DNA of 64,000 bases from Vicugna vicugna (lineage: Eukaryota). Numbering within the stretch: position 1 is the first letter of the stretch; each line of letters opens with the position of its first letter. Below the pieces are notes generated by a model that was not told the DNA's origin, searched no databases, and saw only the letters and a program-made list of their open reading frames with translations. The position numbers and the translations under genes were made by a program. The stretch covers positions 426,678 through 490,677 of the forward strand of contig MU058531.1 in NCBI GenBank assembly GCA_013265495.1, written 5' to 3'. Below, one piece after another: positions 1 through 10,270 of the stretch.

Positions 1-1345
1 AAAAAAAGGGGGGTTGTCGGTGTTCTCCTGGAGTCTGTGTGCTTTTAATGTGAAGTCCTTCTGTCTTCGTCCTGTTTTGGAAGCTCAGCTTGTTTTCATA
101 GGCCCTCCGTTGGCGCCCTCTTCTGTGCTGCCCCCAGCACCTGTCGGCAAGCGGATCGCGCCTCCTCCTAACATGGGGTCAGGTGCAGCTCTCCTCTGCT
201 GTGGGCGGGCGGGTCACTGCCCCTCCGGATGCCACAGACAGATGTTGCAGACTGGCCACGCAGGAGGGCGGGTCATGCCCCTTCCCAGCGCCTCTGTCAG
301 GGGTTGTGTTCCTGCCCGACAGGCGGAGGGCCGCTCTCCCCCTGCCTGCGCCGCCGGTAGCTCCCCTGCTCTGTGCGGCTGCGCGCTCTGCGCCGGCGCT
401 CAGCCCTGGTCGTGCTCCGACCCGGTCGGCGCTCCGCCCCGCTCCGCCCGGGTCGCACTCCGCCCTGGTCGCGCTCCGCGTGTGGGCTCGGGGAAGACCC
501 AGGTGCAGCCTCGTCCCTGCTCCGAGCCAAGACCCAGCTGCTTGTTTGTCTTTGTGGAGCAAGTTCTCTGGGGTACCAGAATGGAAGGATCCTATCTGCC
601 CCGGGCTGTAGGCCCGTCTCAGTCTGGCCCTTGAGGCTGCTAAGCCCTTCGGTGCGGACGCAGGTTTCGCCTCTGCCCCCGCCTGGGTGTTAAGCGCCGG
701 AGAATATGGCGGCTCTGCCTGGGCCCCGCCCCTCTTCCCCTGAAAAGTTTCCGCGTGTTTTCAGAGATGGGGGTATGCACCCTTCCCCCGAGAGCACCTC
801 AACCTTGCTGTTTTATGGAGGGCCCAGGTTGTTCTGTCCTGTACACCCACAGCCTCGGCGCCCAGCCCCTTGCAGCACCCCCGGAGCTGCCTCCGTGCAG
901 CCGCCCCCGTCCTCCGGCCGGCTTGTGCAGCCTGGCCCTGCCGGCCCGCGTCTCAGGCTGTGTGTCGGAGGGACGCTCTGTGCCCGTTTAACTTAGTTCT
1001 GTCAGACAAGGGCTGCTCTGTACAGATCCGAGCCTCGGAGGCTCCCACTCCGTCCCGCTGGCCTCTCAGTTGGAGAGGGGAGACCCAGCGAGCGAGCGCC
1101 AGTCCTCCTTTGCCGCTCCCTCCCCGCGGGACCCGTCCCGCGCTGCTTTGCCTTTTGTTCTTTCTTTTTTCCTTTTCTCCTACCAGATTTTTGGCGTCTT
1201 TATCTTTTGAAGAGGGCGATGATCTGTTGGAGTTCCGCAGGTGCTCTGGTTGGCTGAGTGGGTCTGTAGATGTGGGTCTTGGTGTATTTGTGGGAGAGGG
1301 TGGCTTACAAGCGTCCTTCTACTCCGCCATCTTGCCCGGAAGTCC
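1..1345 (-). mobile_element. Young LINE-1 5'UTR (CpG-island-like internal promoter); rest of element lies left of the window
   Basis: Minus strand begins GGACTTCCGGGCAAGATGGCGGAGTAG, the typical L1 5' end with YY1 core CAAGATGGC. Very GC- and CpG-rich, with an abrupt drop to AT-rich DNA at 1346. Confidence 0.9.
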
Positions 1346-1535
1346 GTATGTGACCTTGTTTAGCACTTTGATTAGTAACCAACAATTCCATACACCTGGT
1401 ATATAATTTTTGTTCCTGGGTTCCCTACACCACCACTCTCAAAAAGAATTAGGCATCTATGTTATACTCGTACAGAACTCTGTCCTTTTCATTTCTGATA
1501 TGTCAAATATTGTAATTATATAGTAGTTTGTGTGC

Positions 1536-1992
1536 TGTATTAGATTCCTAGGCATGCCATCACAAATTGCCACAACTTGGTGGCATAAAACAAGAGAAAT
1601 TTATTCTTTCACAGTTCTGGGAAGCCAGAGGCAGAAAATCAATACTGGCAGGGCTGCACCCTCCGGAGGCTCTGTGAGAAAATCTGTTATTTGCCGTGTC
1701 TAGTTTCTGGTGGTTGTAGGCATTCCTTTGTGTCCTTGGCTTGTGGCTACATCACTCGTATTTTTGCCTCTGTCTTCCCATCTCCTTCCTTGGGTGTCTG
1801 TCAGTCTCCCTCTAATCTTTCTCTCATAAGGATACATGTGATTACATTTGGGGTTGACTCAGGTTATTCAGGTAAGTTCCTTCTCTCTACATCTTCAATT
1901 TAATCACATCTTTGGCCATAAAAGGTAATATTCACAGGTTCTGGGGATTAGGACATGGACATACCTTTAGGGCCGCCATTCAGCCCATTTCA
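1536..1992 (-). mobile_element. MaLR solo LTR, MLT1 family (MLT1C/D-like)
   Basis: TGTATTAG...CCACAACTTGGTGGCATAAAACAAGAGAAATTTATTCTTTCACAGTTCTGG start and AAGGTAATATTCACAGGTTCTGGGGATTAGGAC...CA end resemble the reverse-complement MLT1 consensus. Confidence 0.85.
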
Positions 1993-2558
1993 TGTAGCAT
2001 CTCTCCTACCAAATATCTGGTTCTTTTAGTTTCTGAGCATCACAAAGTCAAGATCATGTCCTTTTCTCTCTTGGTAAATCCCTAGTTTCCAGCACTGTGC
2101 CCGATCCACTTAACTAATATTAACTAATAGTCAATAAATAAATAGTTGTGGAATAAATACGTTATGAATTGTGTATAATTGCATCTCTGTTAGTCTGTGA
2201 CCTGAGCCTCAAGCAATCTGCTCAACCTATAGCTGAGTGGGGAAGTATCGTATGAATTCTAGAGGATCAGACCAACATTTGTATAAAGATATGGTGTGAT
2301 ACACGAAGTATCTCTTTTTGAGCTACATTAAGTGCCTTCTAGAATTCTAGAAGCATTTCTTTATTTTACCATACTTGAGAGCTTCATGAATTAACTTCTT
2401 ACATGACCTATAGTAACTATTTCTGTGTCCTGTTGTCATCCATTTTTCTTGGATGTTCAGCTTGGTGGCATTGTATTAAGGCAAGAATTGCTTCAGGGCT
2501 GATAGATTGACTGTCTTAGGGGCCAGATCATTCTCCTACTTGTGTTAAGCAGTTCTTT

Positions 2559-2716
2559 AATATACACAAAATGTTATGATAAATCACAAAAAAAATGTGA
2601 CAATGAGTGTGTATATGTCCATGAATGACTGAAAAATTGTGCTGAACACTGGAATTTGACACATTGTAAAATGATTATAAATCAATAAAAAATGTTAAAA
2701 AAAATTAAAAAAAAAT
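2559..2716 (+). mobile_element. Short 5'-truncated young L1 3' end with A-rich tail
   Basis: Nearly identical to 31895-32045; ends AATAAAAAATGTT followed by A-runs. Confidence 0.85.
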
Positions 2717-3419
2717 TAATGTTTACCCTGGCTGCTTCCAATGCAACTTTGAAATAACTTCTGTACTTAATCCTCAACAAGCAAGACAATAAAAATACTT
2801 TTTAAAAATACCAGAAATCAAATTTTTTTTTAAAAAGGAGAGGTACAAATGTATTAGATACTCAGGATAATTATTGTAATCATGTTCTAACTTAGGCAGT
2901 GTTATTACGGGCGATTGAAAAAGAAACATTATTTAATTAACAAACTGAAGAAAAAGAAAAAGATACATTCATTAGATGATGTAAAGATTTTCCTGACTCT
3001 GGACTCTAGCTGGAGGAATTTAGTGTATGTATTTTATTTATGAAGTCTCATTGGTTAATAATTAGATTTGTCCTACCCTACTCCCTGTGTTCTTGCTGAA
3101 GCTTCTCTCAGTTGCAGATTTCTTTGTGGCTTTTTGGTAATATATTGGAATTATGGGGAGGTTGAATGGCAGGTAGTAGCCAGGTACATTAGGACATTTC
3201 CCCAAATTTGTTTTGCTTCTAAGTAATGCACATTTAAATAACCAGAGTGATTTTTAAAAGAAGTTCCATAGTCAGGATTGAGGAATCCTTCAAAATGTTT
3301 GGAATTTGATATGCTTACTCTGCTACTAGTAGAAATCACTATCCTATTGCACATGTATGAACAATGAATGAATAAGTCCCTGAATAAATTGGGGCATTTA
3401 GAGCTAGAATGCAGCTCTA

Positions 3420-3860
3420 CTTTCCTTCCATTTTTTACACAGTTCCCCTCAAGCTGTGTAATTCCCCTGTTTCTGATAACAAGCTTCTCTTAACCTTCCG
3501 CAGACTTTCCTTTCTCTTCTATATGTCAGTGGAGATGCTTCTCTTTCCTAGGGTGAATTCCTCCACCTTGTTCCGGGTCATGTCCTTTTGATCTCATACA
3601 GAACTTGATTCTACCCATCATCTGCTTTCCTCCTTGTAATTTCAACTGCTCTCTCTACTAGCTCTTTTCTTTCTATATGTAAACATTTATCTGACAAACA
3701 ATTATATGACTTCTAACTATTAGGATACAGTAGTGAGGAAGGAACCCCAAAAGGTAATATCCCCAAAGAGATGATAGCATAATAGAACAGAGGGTCAAGT
3801 AAACAGATAATTCTAATACAAAGTAACAAGTGTTTTGATAGGTGTAAAATAAAACATTAC
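3420..3860. mobile_element. Degraded L2 fragments (+ part ~3420-3700, - part ~3720-3860)
   Basis: Pyrimidine-rich L2 ORF2-like text (AATTCCTCCACCTTG, TTCAACTGCTCTCTCTACTAGCTC), then L2 antisense-like GATACAGTAGTGA...TAAACAGATAATTCTAATACAA. Confidence 0.5.
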
Positions 3861-3864
3861 AAGC

Positions 3865-4010
3865 TCTTTACTGTTCCTTCATCAAGAGGTGGAGTGTAAT
3901 TTCCCCTCCTCTTTGTTGCAGGCTGGCCTTAGTGATTTGCTTGATTGATAGAATGTAGTGGGAGTGACATTCTGAGATTTCAGTCTAGATCTTAAGAAAC
4001 CTTGCAACAG
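3865..4010 (+). mobile_element. MLT1 (MaLR LTR) fragment
   Basis: CATCAAGAGGTGGAGTGTAATTTCCCCTCC...GGCTGGCCTTAGTGATTTGCTTGATTGATAGAATGTAGTGGGAGTGACA is typical of the 5' part of older MLT1 LTRs. Confidence 0.75.
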
Positions 4011-4419
4011 GACTTCTCAGAGCCTTTAATATGTTGAGATTCTTTGTAAATTTCCAAGAAGTGGAAATAAACTATTGAATTCTTTTTCTACACATTCATT
4101 AACTGGCTTATGGTACGTCAGTGTGGGAAATACTATTCTGTTGTGTTTCTGTATTTGAATAAAACTTAAAGAAAAAAAATGAGACCTATGAGAGACGATG
4201 GCTTTGCTGTTCATTCTCAGAGAGATGGTAGTAGGAAATATATAGGTTCTGGAAATTAGGCCTACCTAGCCCTCCCATTTTAAGTACTTGTTTGACATTA
4301 AAGTTTTTACTGTTCCTAAACTGTAGTTTTGTTTTAATCAAAAAAGAAAGGGTTTTGATCTCGGTTATAGATTTTTGAATATAAATTCCACAGAGCACCT
4401 AGATCTGTGACCTTCTTAG

Positions 4420-4510
4420 AATTATACATATATGGATTTTGCGGGGAGAAGATCCACATTAGATTCTCAGAGGGGGTCCCCGACCCAAAAGAGGGCAAGA
4501 ACTACTAGAC
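4420..4510. mobile_element. hAT-Charlie-type MITE end fragment
   Basis: AGATTCTCAGAGGGGGTCCCCGACCCAAAAGAGGGCAAGAACTACTAG resembles a hAT terminus (...AAGAACCACTG). Confidence 0.55.
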
Positions 4511-6249
4511 TAGATTATTTCTAAGCTTAGCCCAGGTGATTATTAATTCAGTATCATTTCGAAAAAGAGAAGTGTTTATCTTATTAGTTGATTTTTAAAC
4601 CATATGCTTGCACTCACTTAAGTGAATAGTTCACTTGAAAGAAATACTTGATTATTTTCTTTAAAAGATTTTTTAAAAAGCTAAAACATTTTCTTCATAC
4701 TGGAAAACTCCCAACAATTTCGATACGCTTTGTAGAGTTAACAGAAAGGCTCAAACTTCTACAATTACGAGTGCAGAATAGATCATGAATTCTCAAGTCA
4801 GAATTGAGGTTGCACTAAAAATGCTTTGAAAGTAATTCTACTCTTTAGTTTTAAACTGATTTTATTAGAGGTATTGTTTAAGAAGAATACTGAGGTGAGT
4901 GAGTGAAGAATCTTCCCAACTCAAAAAACATTCCTAGTGTGTCTGGAAAGCAAAGGACTGAAGCAGTTATGTAAACATGGCAGAGCCAGCTTAAACTGTC
5001 TGAGCCCTTGTCTTAATTGCACGCTAGACAGGAATGCTTTCTTCTTTAGGGGTTCAAATGATCCAGTTTGGTTGTGTCCTGATTAAATTAATTAGAAGGA
5101 CGGATGTTTGCTTTCTATCTTACTCTTGTGGTGACGACCCCGACATACGAATTTTTACAGGTGTTCCTTCTAAACATTCACAGCTAAGCTTTATTAGTTA
5201 GGTGGAGAAGCTGTTAAAACTCAGTTTCTTCATTTCTTAGGTGGTGCCCACCTAAGTTATTTTTGGAGGCTTCTGGCTGCTGCTTCTCTGGTATCAAATT
5301 AAATAGCTGGCAAACAGGGTCTGGGCATCCATTTCCCAGATGGGTTTACGGATCAGGGTGTATCCCTGGCACCTCTGTTTGTCACTTCTTGCTTCAAGTC
5401 TTCTGTTCCTTTCTTACCTCCTCCTTTCACTAAATCAGTAGCAGTTGCTGATCTTCCTTTCAAGTGAAGTTACAGGATCTTTATTCTCATTGATCTCTCA
5501 GGGATAAGCCTGCATTTGTTCCTAGAGGCCCAGGGGGGTCACTGGGGTAATGGTCGCTTGTTACTGGTCTCCTTTATGGTTGATATAATTGGGCGAGCAG
5601 TGGACCCAGGTATCTTCCTGAAAGGTGTACTTTCACACCCCCTGCACTCTGTCCTGTAATTATCTTATTTTAGGAGCCAGAGAAATCCGAGTGGTTTTTA
5701 GAAGGGAAGCGCATCATACCCTGCTGCCTGGTAGTGCTGTTGTCAGTTTCGTGTTGCCAGAGGTATATGGTCCCGTCCCCAGAGCCTGAGAGGGAGAATT
5801 GGCCATCTGTAGAGCTTACTTTATTCTGACAAACCAGGGGTGATGTTTTTCAGCAGTGTTGGGGGATCTAGTAATGGGTTTTATCATAGCTTCATGACGG
5901 GGATTTTATTTGGCTGGAGAGAGAAAGTCATGTTTAGAAATAGGGGAACAGATAGTGATGATCTGAACCACTCAAATGCTGAGATTTAGAAAAATACCTT
6001 GAGTAGTCAGCTGCTCAGCCACATTAGTGGCAAAAGGTTTGATCCCCAAGAGAAGACAGACTTGGATTGTTCCTGGAGTACTTCTTAATTGTCACCTCGA
6101 TGAAGGGTACCCTAAATATCCTACTTGAAATCGAACTCACCAACATGCCTGAATCCTTCTTTGCTGACTTGACCCCACCTTTTCCATAGCCCTTATCTTT
6201 CTATATACTGTAATTAACTTACGGATGACTTGAGTTTAATTTCCATCAT

Positions 6250-6450
6250 CCCATGTTTCTCCATTAGAATGTAAGTTTCTCCATTAGAATCTCCACCCAG
6301 GCAGAGATTTTTTTTTAGTTCATGAAAATTCAGTTGAACCATACAAAATGAAATTCCATTTTGGGGGGATAATACAGTGCTATGTCTCAAGAATATAGTG
6401 CAGTGCCTGGTACACAGTAGGCCCTCAAGGAAAATTGATTGATTGAATAG
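6250..6450 (+). mobile_element. L2 3' end
   Basis: ATTAGAATGTAAG...GGCAGAGATTTT...CAGTGCCTGGTACACAGTAGGCCCTCAA...TTGATTGAAT; includes a local duplication of GTTTCTCCATTAGAAT. Confidence 0.75.
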
Positions 6451-6959
6451 TGGAGAAGCAGCACTGATACTGCACGTCAGTCGATCAGCAAGAAGGAGCA
6501 TGGGAGGCATATTTTCATTTATGGTTATGGTTGAAAATTTTCTCACAAGCTCTAAGCAATCTCTTCCAGAAAAAAAAAGAGCTCAAGATAATTATTCGAT
6601 AGCAAGTATTTTTCTGTTGGCTGATGTGTATGAAGTATTGTGGGAGGAACTGACACTGCAGCTACACCTCTGCCTCTTCCAAAATCTCATTTCAAGCATC
6701 CCACTCTGACTGCCAGCTGCTGGCATCCTCCCTCCAGCAGAGAACAGGAGGACTCCACTCCTGTGAGGCTACAGATTTCTCCTTATTGATTTACCCTTTA
6801 CATCCTCACTTGGATTCGTACTCTCCAGGGTTCGTCCTTATGACGAGTCATTTGTAAATATCCTCCCTCCATTGGTGGTCCCTCTCTCCTGTCATCATAC
6901 CTTCTTGGCAAACCCTCCACACTGTCTTACACCAGCCGCCTGAGACATGCAGCCAGTGT

Positions 6960-7570
6960 CTCTCTTTTCATATAAGAAAACTAGAGCTCAGAATCAAGAG
7001 ATTTATTCAAAGCACACATAGTTAATAATGGTAGTAACTTTAATAATAGTAACAAACAGTATTCATTAAACAAATGCCTTGTGTCCAGCATTTGACACAA
7101 TCTCATTTTCATAACATAGTATAATTTTCATAGTATCCCTCTCCCCATGGATATTAATATATAGAGGTTCAAGGAGGTTGAGTAAGTTGCCCAAGGTCAC
7201 CCTGCCTGTCAGCAGTCTACATTCAGTCTTTCAGAAACAGGGTACTGAGCCCATAACCTCTGCAAGCAAGGTGCTGGGGACTAAGTCTACAGTGGTGAAC
7301 AGAACAGACATCGCCCATGCCCTGATGATGACACAGTAGTGGGCAATATTTATTAAAGCTCTTACCAGGTCCTAGGCATTATTTTATTTCACTCTCACCA
7401 CAACTCTGTGATGTAGAAGTTGTTAAGATAGTACACAATTTTCAGATGAGAAACTGAAGCTTAAAGAAAGACATTCATTCCCAAGGCCCTTTGCTGGTAG
7501 ATGAATAGTTAGGATAAGTAAATGAACCCTGACTTCCAAGTTCATTCTTCTTGTCACCATGCTATATACT
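6960..7570 (-). mobile_element. Cluster of MIR fragments (with a short L2 piece)
   Basis: MIR core motifs GAGGTTGAGTAAGTTGCCCAAGGTCAC and TTTTCAGATGAGAAACTGAAGCTTAAAGA. Confidence 0.7.
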
Positions 7571-8342
7571 TCCTCCTGGAGCTTGAAGTCCAGTGGGTGA
7601 GGAGAACACGGACGGCAAACCACAAAGAAGCCCATGAGACTTTCAGGTTGCCTTATACACCCATTGGAAAGGTAGTCTAGGGCCAGTGGCCCTCTTACTC
7701 CGCTTCAGTACCAGTCACCTTCTTCTGGCCTGCCAGTCCCTGAGGGTTGTGGGACTGTGTGTGCAGATGTCATCCGGGTGGTTCATTCTTAGAATTTGAC
7801 ATCTTAGATGTCAAGCAAACTCAACTTTTCCATAACAATTTATACCAAATGAAAAGAAAGTGCTTATAAACATTCCAAACATTTGTGCTGGCTTCACGTG
7901 TGACTGATAATTGTAATCTAATTTAGTGCACTGAATTGGAAAGGAGTAATTACTGCACGGGACATTTTGGAGTAAATGATTTATGGTTGACCTATGGTAG
8001 ATTATTAATTTGGAAAAGGGAGGAATTTTAATGCAAATTAATTAAGTTTGGAGCCCTTTCTGATTAGGTTGATAGAACAGTGGAAAATTCCAGAGCCTCT
8101 GTTACTGGCTGAATTTGGACTTGAGACTGGTGGTAAACATTCTGCTGGTGTCCGCAAGAAGACTTGGGTGTAGAGCTACAGGCCTGCTGCCAGGCCCAGA
8201 GCCTTTCTGATCTGACCAGAGGAGAGCCCTGAAAGAAAAACTGTCTCGTTCTTCAAAAGGAGCATGCACCCTCACGGAGTGTTGCCATGCTCCAAGATAT
8301 TTGTGTTCTTTCCAGTTTGTTGATCTCTGGAACCAATGAGAA

Positions 8343-8367
8343 CCACCATCACCACCATCACCACCAC
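8343..8367 (+). repeat. (CAC/CAT)n trinucleotide microsatellite
   Basis: CCACCATCACCACCATCACCACCAC; source of the poly-His in ORF 8287..8472. Confidence 0.9.
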
Positions 8368-8402
8368 TTACTGAGTGCTTGGGGTGAGCCCCGTGTTGTG
8401 CC

Positions 8403-8605
8403 CAGGGATGCCCAGCCTTCCCAAGATAGACGTTTTATTGTGGGATGCTGTTCTGTGCATGTAGGATGCTGAGAAGAATTCTTTGCCTCTACTCACAAGA
8501 TGCCATTAGCATCCTTCAGTTGTGACAACCCAAAATATTTCCAGATATGGTTGAATATACCCTGTGGGGGTTGGGGGGCAAACTGGCCCCTGGTAAGAAC
8601 CACTG
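8403..8605 (-). mobile_element. MER20 (hAT-Charlie MITE) inserted into a MIR
   Basis: TTGTGACAACCCAAAATATTTCCAGA...GGGGCAAACTGGCCCCTGGTAAGAACCACTG matches reverse-complement MER20. Confidence 0.85.
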
Positions 8606-8790
8606 TGCCAGATGCTTTATGTGTATTATCTATTTCATTCCTTATAATACCCTGCAAAGCAGGTGTATTAGTGTCCATTTCATAGATGAAAACACTGAGG
8701 CTTACAGAGGTTATATTCGAGTAGAGTCACATAGCTAACACATGATGAAGCCAGGATTTATACACATACCTGTATTGACTCAAAGCCCGT
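8606..8790 (-). mobile_element. MIR
   Basis: CCATTTCATAGATGAAAACACTGAGGCTTACAGAGGTTA...GTCACATAGCTAA...TGACTCAAAGCCC. Confidence 0.8.
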
Positions 8791-10024
8791 TTTCAGGTGA
8801 GTGATGTTTTTGAGGTGAAGTTCCCTCTCATTTTTAATGAATTAGCAGAAGTCAGGCAGTTTAGTGATGTGGTCAAAATTATACGACTAATTTGTAGCAG
8901 AGGTTAGGCTACAACCTAAACATCCAAAACAAGCTGATTATGGGAGGTGGGGATTCAGCTGATAAGTGAAAAGGCACATTCACGGTGACCTTGGCTGTGT
9001 TGCTGGTCTTCAGTTTGTTCTTCTCTTTCAAATGGTACTTTTTAAATTTATTTGAACAGTTTAGCTTTTGAGTATAAAAGGGTGTTTGAAATTTGTGTCC
9101 ATTAACTCTAAAACACATACTGAGATTTTAAAAAATTTTTTTTAATATTGGAAAGCAACAGACCCTTAGATTGCTGCTTTACAATTATGTATGAAAGCAT
9201 TCCAACCCACTCAAATGTTTTGCCAACCCACCCTCCCAACAGCAGGTGGAAAGGAAGCCAAATAGTCCGGTGGGGATTCTGTTCTATTGCTAGCATCCTC
9301 TGGTTCTGCTGATGGGCCTGTGGGCAAGGGAGTAAGTAGCTGCATGACTATAATAAAACAGCAACAGACAGCCTCAGATTAGATTTTTGCAATGGCTATT
9401 CCAGCCAGCATTGTTATTCAAATCTACATGTAACACAGTGGGACCTGATCTGAAATTTCTGCCCAGTGAGTGCCTAGCCACGGAAATCAATGTTTTCTCC
9501 ATAGTCGATAGGCAAGTGCTTTCAGAATCTGTTAGGCTGAAGAAATCTAATGGAGAGATCTGCATAATTAGTTCTTTGACTAATCGTGCTCTTGCCTTGG
9601 GGTAAGAGGCAATTTAAGCTGCAAAAACAGTTTCAAACATTTGAACTGTCGGGAAAAAATGTTCAGGATTTGTACTTTTCAGATCTGGGGTGAGATGGTT
9701 ATTCTTCAAATAGCATGTCCTTGGAAAATCTTCGGCCTCTTGGGATATAGTTTTCTTGGCGGCGAGTAGGTTTCTTTAGGCTCAGAGATACTGCTGGGTT
9801 CCCATGAATGTGTGCCCATGGATCATCTGAGGCAAGGGGTCCTGACCACAGACGTGGTCAGTGAGGAGGACTGGCCCAGCGGGGCAGAGTGAGATTTAGC
9901 AGGCAGTAGTACCTACCTGGTGATGACAGAAGATATAAAGGAAATTATTTCAAGATTTGAAAATACACTATAATGTATTTTTTAGACTTTCAGGTTGACT
10001 CTGCTAGAAGGCCCACCCCAGTCA

Positions 10025-10270
10025 GAGTGTTGAGTTCCAAAGCTCATCTGTGGAGTCAGATCACCTGGGTTCTAACCCCAGCTCTCCCACTCACTGGCTG
10101 CATGACCTTGGATGAGCTGTGACATTTCCCTTGGCTTTGTTCTTCTCATCTGAGGACAAGTTTATAACAAGAGCAACCTCATGGAGTTGTTTATAAAGAT
10201 TAACTGAGATAACACCAGTAAAGATTTAGATCTGGGCACAACATACAGCGCTTAGCAAATGCTGGCCATT
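10025..10270 (+). mobile_element. MIR, near full length
   Basis: TGGAGTCAGATCACCTGGGTTCTAACCCCAGCTCTCCCACTCACTGGCTGCATGACCTTGG...AAGATTAACTGAGATAA. Confidence 0.85.

Noticed and set aside
14..693. Overlapping long ORFs (206, 142, 127, 106 aa) as a gene
   Set aside because: They lie in the GC-rich L1 5'UTR where stop codons are rare, mostly use non-ATG starts, and give low-complexity Pro/Ala/Arg products.
1..1345. CpG island of a host gene promoter
   Set aside because: It ends precisely at an L1 5' terminus with the YY1 motif, so it is explained by the L1 promoter.
2336..2353. 18-bp perfect palindrome CTTCTAGAATTCTAGAAG as a heat-shock element
   Set aside because: The central GAA and TTC lack the 2-nt spacing needed for three contiguous nGAAn units, so it is not a canonical HSE.
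8287..8472. Poly-histidine ORF
   Set aside because: A CAC microsatellite at a MIR tail plus MER20 sequence.
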